A DNA stretch of 64,000 nt from Gilvibacter sp. (GTDB lineage Bacteria; Bacteroidota; Bacteroidia; Flavobacteriales; Flavobacteriaceae). The notes under the pieces were generated by a model. It had not been told where the DNA came from. It worked only from the letters and a program-made list of their open reading frames with translations, and searched no databases. Shown here piece after piece: positions 42,488-51,965 of this stretch. Each line of letters starts with the position of its first letter. Position 1 is the stretch's first letter. Both the position numbers and the translations under genes were made by a program. Location of the stretch: positions 215,376 through 279,375 of the forward strand of contig OZ255720.1 of the NCBI GenBank assembly GCA_965277295.1. The letters are read 5' to 3'.

Positions 42488-43458
42488 TATATAAATTCAA
42501 GTTCTTTTTTTACAAGCTTGCGCGCTAAGCGATAACTGGTTCTTTTTAATACGTAAAAAAGCCAAAAAACACCTCTAATCTCTAATAAAGCAGTTTTGTT
42601 TTTACGGCCTAAATACTGTTGTAAGTTAGCTAAACCCTTTTTTAAATTTATGTGATCCCTGTTAATGGCCGCAGCCTCAAGCAAAGGAATTAATTGCTTA
42701 TACATATACTTTGCCAGTTGGGCGTCCTGTTGCTCTTGTGCATAAGCCAAATTACTACTGTAAATATATACCTGGGAACGATTAAATTCTGAATTATAGC
42801 GCAAGGCCTGCGCAGATTTTGTTCCCTCATGTTGTCTATATAAAAACCCTATGTTTTTTAAAACTGTAAATCTATTATTGGGAACATATCTAAAAATTCG
42901 CATAAAGAAGTCGGCTTCTTGCCCCCGAACAATCTTGGGGTCAAATAATTCTTTCTCTTCTAAAAACGAGCGCCTAAAGAGCACCGAATTAGTAATCATT
43001 TCGGTTTTGGTATACGCGTATTGTCGGTACAAATCGAAGGTGTTTTCTAATCTAAAATCACGAACGGGTTTTAAATCTTGGTCGGTAACCGTTGCCAACG
43101 TCACAACTACGTCCATATTCTGCGAATTTGCAAAACGAACCGCCAGGTCGTCTGGAAGCATTATATCGTCACTGTCAAACCAAATTATATAATCGCCTTG
43201 TGCGTATTTAAAACCGTAATTTCTGCAACTATTGGCTCCTTTAGAGAGACTATCTGGTCTTTCGAGTAATTTAAATCTGGAATCTTCTGCTACAAACTCT
43301 TGTACAATATCCAGGGTAGTATCTGTACTGGAATCGTCTACTATAATACATTCCCAATTTTTAAACTCCTGCTTTTTAATACTAGCCAAAGTCTGGGCTA
43401 TTAAAGCTTCGCGATTATAGCTAGGAATAATAATAGAAATGTCTGGCTTACTTTGCAT
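42487..43458 (-). CDS. GT2 glycosyltransferase
   Basis: ISIIIP.YNR, VDD.STD, GAN.CRN.G, FDSDD. Confidence 0.92.
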   Translation of the reverse strand: MQSKPDISIIIPSYNREALIAQTLASIKKQEFKNWECIIVDDSSTDTTLDIVQEFVAEDSRFKLLERPDSLSKGANSCRNYGFKYAQGDYIIWFDSDDIMLPDDLAVRFANSQNMDVVVTLATVTDQDLKPVRDFRLENTFDLYRQYAYTKTEMITNSVLFRRSFLEEKELFDPKIVRGQEADFFMRIFRYVPNNRFTVLKNIGFLYRQHEGTKSAQALRYNSEFNRSQVYIYSSNLAYAQEQQDAQLAKYMYKQLIPLLEAAAINRDHINLKKGLANLQQYLGRKNKTALLEIRGVFWLFYVLKRTSYRLARKLVKKELEFI

Positions 43459-43561
43459 AAATATTAAGGGTACCTAAACCTGTATAAATATAAAACTAAA
43501 CACTAGTCGTCGCTGGCTAAAACGCAGAAATTATTATTAACTTGCCAACAGCCTAACACAA

Positions 43562-44439
43562 GTGTTATAAATGCAAGAGCAGTCCAAAACAGTACCGCAT
43601 TTTATTCTGGTTGGAGCCATGAAGGCAGGAACAACAAGCCTTAGGTTTCATTTAAACAATCACCCCCATATTCATTTACCCCAGCGAGAGCTCAACTTTT
43701 TTAACAACCAAAAAAACTTTAATCGAGCTTTAGCATGGTATCAAGAACAAATTGCAAAAGACGCTAAAGATTCGGCGACATTGTTTGGCGAAAAATCTCC
43801 AGCCTATACTTTAGAAGAGTTTGTTCCCAAAAGAATGCATGAGCTTTTGCCCGACGCTAAATTAATCTGGGTATTACGCAATCCTGTAGATAGAACCTAT
43901 TCTAATTATTTACACGAATTAAAGCTAGGGCTGGAAAATCTAAGTTTTAACCAAGCCTTAAATGCCGAACCTACACGGGCAGTTAAAACCATTAAATACG
44001 CCTATACAACAAACAGTATGTACAGCCAGCAAATCGAGCGTTTTTTGGAGTTCTACCCGAAGTCCCAATGTTTTTTTGTGCTGTTCGACGATTTAATTAA
44101 GCCCTATGGCAGCACTCATGTTTTAAACGATTTATTTAACTTTTTAGGAGTCGATACCAGTACATTTAACTACGTAAACGGAGTCAGAAATAAAACAACA
44201 TTGCCTAGGTATCCCAAGTTACTTTTTTATGCCAATAGATGGGGTTTAACTAAATCTTGGAAAATTAAAAAGGCGTTAAACACCTTTAATTTTAAGAATC
44301 AAAAGCCGGGTTATCCTAAATTAACGCAAACACAGCGAGCGGAATTAGCAAAAAAATTCGAACCACATAACGCAAAACTAAGCGCGCTAATAGGCAAAGA
44401 TTTAAGCGGTTGGAATAGGTAGTTTAGTTGGTGTTATAA
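43562..44439. repeat. 9-bp direct repeat GTGTTATAA flanking the inverted sulfotransferase
   Basis: Copies at 43562-43570 (abutting ATG) and 44431-44439. Confidence 0.5.
43571..44422 (+). CDS. PAPS-dependent sulfotransferase (heparan-sulfate 3-OST/NDST-like motifs)
   Basis: 5'-PSB VGAMKAGTTSL, GEKSPAY, 3'-PB LRNPVDRTYS. Confidence 0.88.
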   Translation: MQEQSKTVPHFILVGAMKAGTTSLRFHLNNHPHIHLPQRELNFFNNQKNFNRALAWYQEQIAKDAKDSATLFGEKSPAYTLEEFVPKRMHELLPDAKLIWVLRNPVDRTYSNYLHELKLGLENLSFNQALNAEPTRAVKTIKYAYTTNSMYSQQIERFLEFYPKSQCFFVLFDDLIKPYGSTHVLNDLFNFLGVDTSTFNYVNGVRNKTTLPRYPKLLFYANRWGLTKSWKIKKALNTFNFKNQKPGYPKLTQTQRAELAKKFEPHNAKLSALIGKDLSGWNR

Positions 44440-45641
44440 TAGCTTATTAGTCGCTTAGTGCAAGCTGTAATATCGTGCTTTAAAAGCACTTCTTTTTTAA
44501 GCTTAGCCCCAATATTTGGCCAATCTTGGCGGGCATTTACAGCTTTTTCTATTGCATTATATAACGCAAGGCTATCTTCTGGGGCAGCCAAAAAACCGCC
44601 GTCAGCTAGCATCGCTGGAACATTTCCCACTCGCGTTGCAACACAGGGCAAACCACTAGCTTGTGCTTCTAATAAAACTGTAGGCAAAGCCTCGTTTTTA
44701 CTCGATAGTATAAACAGTTGCGCCTTGCAATAGGACGCAGCTACTAATTGGCTTGGCAAGGCACCTAAAAAAGAAACCTGGTGTTGCAGCCCTACATCTT
44801 TAACGAGTTGCTCCAATTTAGAAGCTAGCTCTCCTTGCCCAATAATATTATATGTCCAAGCTAATTCAGGTCGATTCTTTTTAAGTTTTGCCAAGGCGTT
44901 TAACGCATTGGCGTAATCTTTATCTGCTACTAATCGGCCAACGCTTAAAAAATTTAAAGGAGCATTCCAGTCTCTGTCCTTGCAATTATAGTTTGAAGCG
45001 TTTACACCATTGGGTAAATCCAAAATTTTAGATTTGGTTAAACCCATGGATATTAAGCTTTGGGTGTTAAAGTCAGAAATAGAAAATATACCATTTGCCT
45101 GAGTAAACAAACGACTATATGGCTTTTTATCTAATTGGGTGAGTCCCTGACGAATATCAAAACCATGAAAGGTGGTAAACACTTTTACAGGAAGCCCAAT
45201 TTCTTTAAGGATTGCGGCTTGATTCCCAATGGGTCCATAATGCGCGTGAATAATTTTAATTTTCTGGGTTAGTACATAATGAACCAGATAGAACAGGTTT
45301 AAATTTAAAGCAAAACTACCGTAGGTTTTAAATTTTAGGCTCCGCAAATAATAGGTCCTGTTCTTACTTAAAAGGTTTGCTAAAACAATTCCAGTTGCCT
45401 TTGCAAAACGCGCTATTTTATTAGCAGCTAACAACGAGCCTGGGCTTGCTACACGATCCATTAGCTTGTACTGCTCAAAACCTGTTAAAGCAGCTAATTG
45501 TCGGCCTCCCTTTTTGTGCATTGTATAAATTGTAACCGATTCACCCTGATGTATTAATTCAATAATTTGATCGCGAATAAAGGTTTCTGACACCATAGGA
45601 AACTCCTTTAGATAAAATAATATGTTCCCGTTTTTTGTCAT
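44424..45641 (-). CDS. GT4 glycosyltransferase (WcaL-like)
   Basis: FP..SETFI, HAHYGP.G, TFHGFD, SS.NEALP.VLLEAQA.GLP. Confidence 0.92.
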   Translation of the reverse strand: MTKNGNILFYLKEFPMVSETFIRDQIIELIHQGESVTIYTMHKKGGRQLAALTGFEQYKLMDRVASPGSLLAANKIARFAKATGIVLANLLSKNRTYYLRSLKFKTYGSFALNLNLFYLVHYVLTQKIKIIHAHYGPIGNQAAILKEIGLPVKVFTTFHGFDIRQGLTQLDKKPYSRLFTQANGIFSISDFNTQSLISMGLTKSKILDLPNGVNASNYNCKDRDWNAPLNFLSVGRLVADKDYANALNALAKLKKNRPELAWTYNIIGQGELASKLEQLVKDVGLQHQVSFLGALPSQLVAASYCKAQLFILSSKNEALPTVLLEAQASGLPCVATRVGNVPAMLADGGFLAAPEDSLALYNAIEKAVNARQDWPNIGAKLKKEVLLKHDITACTKRLISYYNTN

Positions 45642-46648
45642 GTAACCTTATGTAATTTACTGGTTTTTAATGCCCATTTATAGAGTCTATACCCTCCAAA
45701 ACCTTTGGTTTTATCTAAATTATAATGCTTAAAGAAACTAAAAAGCAATATGGCTTGTCCTTGCTTTTTTGTAACTATCCCAGAGGTTCTTGCCACTTTT
45801 ACAAACTTAGGTACCCAATGCCACTGCCCTTTAGGAATTAATTGCTGCATAATTACTTTATTAATCATCTTAAAAAGTAATTCGCGGCGCTTTGTAACAG
45901 GAAATATAGAATTGCCGTACGCTTTGGCGCTAAAGATTTTAATATAATCCAGCATGGCCGTATATGCAATATCTAAAAATTTTGAATCTTGATATTTTGA
46001 CTTTTCTTTAGGAATTCGGTAATAAAAATCGACCTGTTGTACCCGCTTTATCTGTATTCCTGCTAATAATAATCGGGTATGAAACTCTACATCTTGAAAG
46101 CGTTTAAAAGCTTGGTTAAAACCCTTAAATTTTTGAAGCGATTCTTTCTTCCAAATAGGACTCGTGGTTTGCCAAGCAATTTTATAACTTAAAAATAGCG
46201 CTGCATAGGCTTCGCTAGTCATTGCATCTGGATCTGTATTTTGAAGCGCTCCCCACCGACCTACTTGGGTAAATACTTGCGCACTGTAAATAAGGGCATC
46301 GTAATTTGGATGCTTTTTAAATGCTGCCAAACGACCCGATAAGCATTGTGGTGCCAAGATATCGTCGGCATCTAGAAAAATTATATAATCTGCACGGCTT
46401 TTTTCTACCCCAAGGTTTCGACAAGCATTTGCACCTTTGGGACTGGTTTCTGGGCGTTTTAAGCTAATAAACCGTTTGTCTTTTAATGCATAATTAGCAC
46501 TTATTTGTTGAGTTGAATCACTACTTAGGTCATCTACAATAATACATTCCCAATTGGTATAATCCTGCTGCAACACGCTATCTAATGTCTGCCGTAATAG
46601 GGCTGCGCTATTAAAAGTGGGAATAACAATAGAAACAACTGGATTCAT
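45638..46648 (-). CDS. GT2 glycosyltransferase
   Basis: VSIVIPTFN, VDD.S.D, GAN.CRN.G, LDADD, QD.EF. Confidence 0.92.
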   Translation of the reverse strand: MNPVVSIVIPTFNSAALLRQTLDSVLQQDYTNWECIIVDDLSSDSTQQISANYALKDKRFISLKRPETSPKGANACRNLGVEKSRADYIIFLDADDILAPQCLSGRLAAFKKHPNYDALIYSAQVFTQVGRWGALQNTDPDAMTSEAYAALFLSYKIAWQTTSPIWKKESLQKFKGFNQAFKRFQDVEFHTRLLLAGIQIKRVQQVDFYYRIPKEKSKYQDSKFLDIAYTAMLDYIKIFSAKAYGNSIFPVTKRRELLFKMINKVIMQQLIPKGQWHWVPKFVKVARTSGIVTKKQGQAILLFSFFKHYNLDKTKGFGGYRLYKWALKTSKLHKVT

Positions 46649-46652
46649 TTTG

Positions 46653-47759
46653 TTATTTATTTTGTGCTGCTAACTTTAATATGTTATCTAGCTCCTTAAG
46701 ATGACGTGCTAAGGTATAGTGTTTTGCCATTCGCGATTTAGCAGCAGCGCCAAACTGTTTTACTTTGTCTGTATCTTCCAGTAAGGCCATCATATTATTG
46801 GCCATTGCATGTACATCGTGTTCTTTAGATAATAATCCCGTTTCGCCATCTAGTATTACATCTGGAATTCCAGCGTGAACCGTGCTAATAACTGGTAGCC
46901 CTGCAGCACTGGCCTCTAAAATAGACAAAGGTGTTCCCTCCATATCGCCACTTGAGGCAGTTATAGAATGTTGCACGTAGGCCTGACTTTCTTCTAAATA
47001 GGTGGTGATTTGTTTGGCATTTACCACTCCCGCAAATTCCACCGAACTAGTAATCCCTAAATGCGAAACCAAATTTACACAGGCTTCTAATAATACCCCA
47101 TTACCCGCTAAGATTAACCGTGCTTTTGGAAAGGTATTTAAAACTTGAGCAAAAGCTAAAATGGTATAATAGGGTGCTTTTTTGTTAGTAAACCTCCCTA
47201 TACTTATAAACTGTTGTCTGCTATAACTAGGTTTAATTTTAGCAAATTCTTCCCGTGGACCATACACATTGTAATGTAATTTATTGGCCGGACAGCCTAA
47301 GTCTAATAAATGTTGCTGCATAAATTTAGAAACCGCAACAATACCAGCAGCCGCACTAAAGACCGCTTTATAATTATTTACATTTTTTAAAATATGATGC
47401 TCTGTGGCATCATGACCATGAAAATGAACTACAAAGGGCAAATTGGCACTTTTAAAAAGCGACAAAAGTCTATGAGCGTGTTGTCCGTATTCTACCAGAA
47501 TAACGTCTATTTTATGACGTTTTAAAGAAGCAATTAAATTGTCTTTTCTAAACTGCGTAATGCTTTTGCCTGTTACTTTATGTAAAACACGTTGTGTAAA
47601 ACTCAGACTATTAAAACGCTTGGCAGGAGCTTCTAATTGAATATCGTCGTAGTACAATCCATAGTAATAAAAAACCGTTCTAGGCAAGCCATTTTTATGC
47701 GCCTGAATAAAGGTCTCGGAATATGGGTTTTTATTGGGACTGAATATGGCGATGTTCAT
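46653..47759 (-). CDS. GT4 glycosyltransferase
   Basis: YSETFI, HFHG.D, GDMEG.P.SILEA.A.GLP. Confidence 0.92.
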   Translation of the reverse strand: MNIAIFSPNKNPYSETFIQAHKNGLPRTVFYYYGLYYDDIQLEAPAKRFNSLSFTQRVLHKVTGKSITQFRKDNLIASLKRHKIDVILVEYGQHAHRLLSLFKSANLPFVVHFHGHDATEHHILKNVNNYKAVFSAAAGIVAVSKFMQQHLLDLGCPANKLHYNVYGPREEFAKIKPSYSRQQFISIGRFTNKKAPYYTILAFAQVLNTFPKARLILAGNGVLLEACVNLVSHLGITSSVEFAGVVNAKQITTYLEESQAYVQHSITASSGDMEGTPLSILEASAAGLPVISTVHAGIPDVILDGETGLLSKEHDVHAMANNMMALLEDTDKVKQFGAAAKSRMAKHYTLARHLKELDNILKLAAQNK

Positions 47760-47772
47760 GGTGCAAGATACT

Positions 47773-48474
47773 TTATTTGATCATGGTTCCGTAAAACCCA
47801 GTATTCATAGTGCTTTCCTTCCATTGTTTAGGTGGAATGTCTCTTTTAACTAACCATTTAATTACCGGAAGACTTATGCGTTGCAACATACGTTTTTTCC
47901 ACGATGGCCTTAAATGTCTCTTAACCCACAACCCAATCATTAGAGCTAAACTCGCATTAAAACCTCCTAACGACTTAATGCTAATTTCTTTAAAACCAAC
48001 TTCCTTAAACATGCGCTCGAGTGTAAATGGAGTATACCGGTAAGCATCATGGGGTACTTCATGTAATGGCCATATAAACGGAACAGTAAAAAAGAATACT
48101 CCACCAGGCTCCATTACGCGGTAAACTTCTGTTAAATAAGCAATTGGATCTGGACAATGTTCTAATACTTCGGTAGCAATAACAGTGTTATAAGATGCAT
48201 CGGCAATAGGCATTACTTTGCCATCCCAAAATAGATCTGGTTTTACTTGATTAGAATAAGCAATCGCGCTTTCAATATCGAGTCCCGTATAGCTCAAAAT
48301 ACTGGAATGTTCTTTTAAGAACTCACGATATGGCATTTTGCCGCAGCCTGCATCTAGTAAATCCCCTTTAAATTGCACCATACTCTCCTGAATAGCTGTA
48401 AAAATAGAAGTCCGCACATAATAACGGTCTAGTGTATTTGAGTTAAGCGGTATGTTTATAAACTGATTATCCAT
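47773..48474 (-). CDS. Class I SAM-dependent methyltransferase
   Basis: LLDAGCG motif I; EVLEH, VPF.WP.HE.P.D..RYT. Confidence 0.9.
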   Translation of the reverse strand: MDNQFINIPLNSNTLDRYYVRTSIFTAIQESMVQFKGDLLDAGCGKMPYREFLKEHSSILSYTGLDIESAIAYSNQVKPDLFWDGKVMPIADASYNTVIATEVLEHCPDPIAYLTEVYRVMEPGGVFFFTVPFIWPLHEVPHDAYRYTPFTLERMFKEVGFKEISIKSLGGFNASLALMIGLWVKRHLRPSWKKRMLQRISLPVIKWLVKRDIPPKQWKESTMNTGFYGTMIK

Positions 48475-48476
48475 TG

Positions 48477-49385
48477 TTACTTAAATAATCGATTAAAAAA
48501 GGAATTTTTTGCTTTTTTGGGATTGGATGGTGCTGCAATTTCGAACATAAACTTAAAATCTTGATTGTGCGAAACTAAACTATTTCTATATTCTGCTAAC
48601 ATGGGCTGTAGCAAGATATCATCTCCTTTTGCAATTCTTTTTATGGTCGCATTGGTAAAATGAATAAATACGACTGGGTATATATTATTTATCAAGACCT
48701 CTCCATTGGCAACAGTGCGTTCACATTCTACTGTATTCCAATTGGAAACATTACAACCTTTGTGTTGTATTTGTGCAACATCGTCGTGGAAATATACTGG
48801 CATTAAATTTAAAAACACCTGATCTACATAATAACCATCTTCCTTACTCATCTTGTAGGAACATGCTTTTAACCACCAATCTAAAACGTGAATAGCGCTA
48901 GAAGTGCATCCAAAAAAACCAGCATTGTAAATTCCTCCTATAAATAACAAATCAAAATTTACAGCATCAATTTCCGGTTTACTGGAACGCCAATGCGGTG
49001 TAAGAATAACTTTATTTTTGTCTAAGAGCTCAAACAAAAATGTAGGATCCTGATAAAAATATAAATCTGGATCTAAAAAAAGTGCCTTATTACATCCCTT
49101 TTCTTCTAAGAGGTATTTAAGCCACAATGGCTTTAATGCCCAGCGCAGGTTGCTTTCTTTGTCGGTTTCATACTTTTGAATGAGTCCATAATCTTCAGGG
49201 TAACGTTCTTTAATAGTTTTAAGGGCATGAACCACTATGTTTTTATAAGACAACGGGGTTTCAATTTGATCTACCACCAATACATGAAAGCTTGCATCAG
49301 TATTAAATCGCTCTAAAGAATCATAAAGCGCTTTGATATAGAAAAAATAATTTGCCGTAATTATGGTGCAAAAGGTCTTTCTCAT
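48477..49385 (-). CDS. Putative GT8-like glycosyltransferase
   Basis: CTIIT.NY, LDPD DxD, YNAGF, DQ..LNL.P. Confidence 0.65.
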   Translation of the reverse strand: MRKTFCTIITANYFFYIKALYDSLERFNTDASFHVLVVDQIETPLSYKNIVVHALKTIKERYPEDYGLIQKYETDKESNLRWALKPLWLKYLLEEKGCNKALFLDPDLYFYQDPTFLFELLDKNKVILTPHWRSSKPEIDAVNFDLLFIGGIYNAGFFGCTSSAIHVLDWWLKACSYKMSKEDGYYVDQVFLNLMPVYFHDDVAQIQHKGCNVSNWNTVECERTVANGEVLINNIYPVVFIHFTNATIKRIAKGDDILLQPMLAEYRNSLVSHNQDFKFMFEIAAPSNPKKAKNSFFNRLFK

Positions 49386-50284
49386 TAGAGTCTTTTATAA
49401 ACACGTAAATATAAGTAACGCAAAACTAACGGAACTGGCAGGCCCACTTTAAATACGGAGCGCTTGCCCATACCATAACGTTTGTTGTGCATTTCTTGCA
49501 AGATCCAATCATATTTAGCCACTTGAAGCCATCTGCCATAAAAAGACAAGTTCCGTTGTATCACGGCTTTATATTCTGCCACGCGCCTTTTTTCTTCTAA
49601 AAACGACTTAGCGGTTCGGGTGGAGGCCGCATGCTTTCTAAACTTATTACACGCTTTACTTAAATATGCGATATCACCGTGGGCTAACAATTTTGACCAA
49701 AGCAACCAATCCCCACAGTATTTGTAATCTACAGGAAAGTCAAGTTTTAGGAGTTGGTCTCTACGAACAAGTGCCGCACTTGCATTTGGAATGGTATTTC
49801 TAAAAGCCAGGTAATTTCTTACCTCATCGGGGCCGGAATTTTTAAAATCACTTTGCCAGCGTTTTGCGTCCAAACCATCGGGCCAGCGGTTTCTTCCTAA
49901 TACCTTACCATCCTGATCGATGATCTGTGAAGCTGTATATGCCAAAACTGTCTGGGGTTCTATCGTTGCAATTAGCTGCTTTAAAAATTCCGGATGAGCG
50001 CTGTCATCACTTTCTGCTATCCAAACTAACTCGCCTTTTGCTATTTCCAAACCCTTTTGCCATTGCTTAAAAGGCGAACCCGAGTTCTGCTCATTGACCA
50101 GATAATTGCTTACATTGGGGTGCTTGGCAAACGCTGCCAATAACTCGCGACTGTTATCGGTAGAAGCGTCGTCCAGTAAAATAATTTCGTAATCTGTAAA
50201 CGTTTGGTTAATTATACTGTCCCAGCGCACTTTTAAAAAACGAGCGTGATTGTAATTGGGCAGTATGACAGAAATTAAAGGCAA
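49385..50284 (-). CDS. GT2 glycosyltransferase
   Basis: SVILPNYN, LDDASTD, NSG, IAESDD, GDW. Confidence 0.9.
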   Translation of the reverse strand: MPLISVILPNYNHARFLKVRWDSIINQTFTDYEIILLDDASTDNSRELLAAFAKHPNVSNYLVNEQNSGSPFKQWQKGLEIAKGELVWIAESDDSAHPEFLKQLIATIEPQTVLAYTASQIIDQDGKVLGRNRWPDGLDAKRWQSDFKNSGPDEVRNYLAFRNTIPNASAALVRRDQLLKLDFPVDYKYCGDWLLWSKLLAHGDIAYLSKACNKFRKHAASTRTAKSFLEEKRRVAEYKAVIQRNLSFYGRWLQVAKYDWILQEMHNKRYGMGKRSVFKVGLPVPLVLRYLYLRVYKRL

Positions 50285-50302
50285 ATAGAAATATTTTGTT
50301 AT

Positions 50303-51091
50303 TTACTTAATTCTAAGTTTTCTCCTAATCCTCGTGAACAAACTTGGCTTATCTTGATTTTTAATCGAATTGTATTTTTTTAACAACTCAAAAAAAGCAT
50401 TCTTATATAGCTCCATATGCTTAGTTTGAACATATTCAATATTCTGCTTCATCATTGCTTTATCAAAACTTCTAATCATTGAATCGCCAGTTACTCTATA
50501 ATCAAAACAAACTTCCTGTAAGTAGTAAAATTGATATTCTGACGCCACTACTCTAAGCCAAAATTCCCAGTCTTCGTGACCTTGGTGAGGCATTTTTGTA
50601 TCATAGGCTCCTAAGTTTGTAAAAACTTCTTTGCGTATTATGGCACAAGCATCTATAAAATTGTGATATAGCATTTTAAACTTATCAAATTCGCCTACTT
50701 TCCAGATTCCATTTTTTTCTCCAAAATACTCGGCATCGCCATAAACAACGCCAATTTTGGAATCTTGCTCCAAGAACGGAATAGCCTGTTTTGCATATTT
50801 GCGTCGCACTTTATTGTCTGAATCTAAGGGTAAAACATATGTGCCAACCGCCTTTTGAATTCCATAGTTTCGTGCAGTACCTAAACCTCCATTTTCTTTT
50901 ATATAATACTTAAACCGGCTGTCCTTTTTTACCCAATCCTTGGCAATACTTTCCACATCATCTGGTGAGCCATCATTAACAATAATTGCTTCCCATAATT
51001 CATAATCCTGATCAAAAACGGATTGTAGCGTTTGTTCAAGCGTTTCCTGAGAATTATAGCATGGAATTACAATACTTAGTTTGGGTGTCAT
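50303..51091 (-). CDS. GT2 glycosyltransferase
   Basis: SIVIPCYN, VNDGSPD, GL..ARN.G, LDSD, EDWEFW. Confidence 0.92.
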   Translation of the reverse strand: MTPKLSIVIPCYNSQETLEQTLQSVFDQDYELWEAIIVNDGSPDDVESIAKDWVKKDSRFKYYIKENGGLGTARNYGIQKAVGTYVLPLDSDNKVRRKYAKQAIPFLEQDSKIGVVYGDAEYFGEKNGIWKVGEFDKFKMLYHNFIDACAIIRKEVFTNLGAYDTKMPHQGHEDWEFWLRVVASEYQFYYLQEVCFDYRVTGDSMIRSFDKAMMKQNIEYVQTKHMELYKNAFFELLKKYNSIKNQDKPSLFTRIRRKLRIK

Positions 51092-51092
51092 A

Positions 51093-51959
51093 CTAATATT
51101 TTAAGTTAAGATAAGACTTATATAAAAATTGTAGCAAAGCATTTTTCCCAAATCTGTTCTTACAAATTTTAACAATTAATCTCCTTCGCTTTTTCCGCAC
51201 AATCTCCATCTCATTTGGATTTAAATGAGGAATAATTACCTTATAAAAATTTAAATACAAAAATGTTTGGGTGTGCGCATTTAAACGCTGATAAACTCCC
51301 TGAGCATGAACCCTATAAACAGACATTACGCTATCCAGACATTTTATTTTTTTATTTCTTGCCACCAAATAATATAAAGCTAAATCACCAAAATTAACTT
51401 CCGTAAACCAACTTGGAATTGTAAAATCTTTTGGAATCCTAAACACAGCACTTGCCGTAGTAATAAAGTTGTAATGTCTTAACAAATCCGCATAACTATA
51501 AACATTATCCTCGGAAGGAGGAATTGGGTGGAGCTCTAAGTCTGAATCGTTTCTCAATACTTTTGCTCTGTGAAAACAAATCCCATAACTAGAATTTTGC
51601 TCCATAAAATCCACTTGTTTTTGCAGTTTTAATGGGTCCGTCCAGTAGTCGTCACCTTCACAAAGCGCAACATATTTTCCCCTGGCTACCTTTAAATTTT
51701 CCATAAAGTTAAAGCGACCCGTAGCATTTCCATTTATATAAATTACATCTTCTCTATTTCTTAAGAACAGTCGAATTTTATCGGAATGTTTTTGTGCGTA
51801 TTCCTGGCAAATTGCTCGTGTACCATCTGTACTATGGTCTTCACCTAAAATTATTTCGATCTTGAAATTAGTTTCCTGCATTAGGACACTATCAATGCAT
51901 TGAGCAATAAATTCCTCGTGGTTGTATGTAGTAATTAAAACGCTTACAGGAATATCCAT
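51093..51959 (-). CDS. GT2 glycosyltransferase
   Basis: SVLITTYN, GED.STDGT, CEGDDYW.D..KLQKQ. Confidence 0.92.
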   Translation of the reverse strand: MDIPVSVLITTYNHEEFIAQCIDSVLMQETNFKIEIILGEDHSTDGTRAICQEYAQKHSDKIRLFLRNREDVIYINGNATGRFNFMENLKVARGKYVALCEGDDYWTDPLKLQKQVDFMEQNSSYGICFHRAKVLRNDSDLELHPIPPSEDNVYSYADLLRHYNFITTASAVFRIPKDFTIPSWFTEVNFGDLALYYLVARNKKIKCLDSVMSVYRVHAQGVYQRLNAHTQTFLYLNFYKVIIPHLNPNEMEIVRKKRRRLIVKICKNRFGKNALLQFLYKSYLNLKY

Positions 51960-51965
51960 TAAGCT

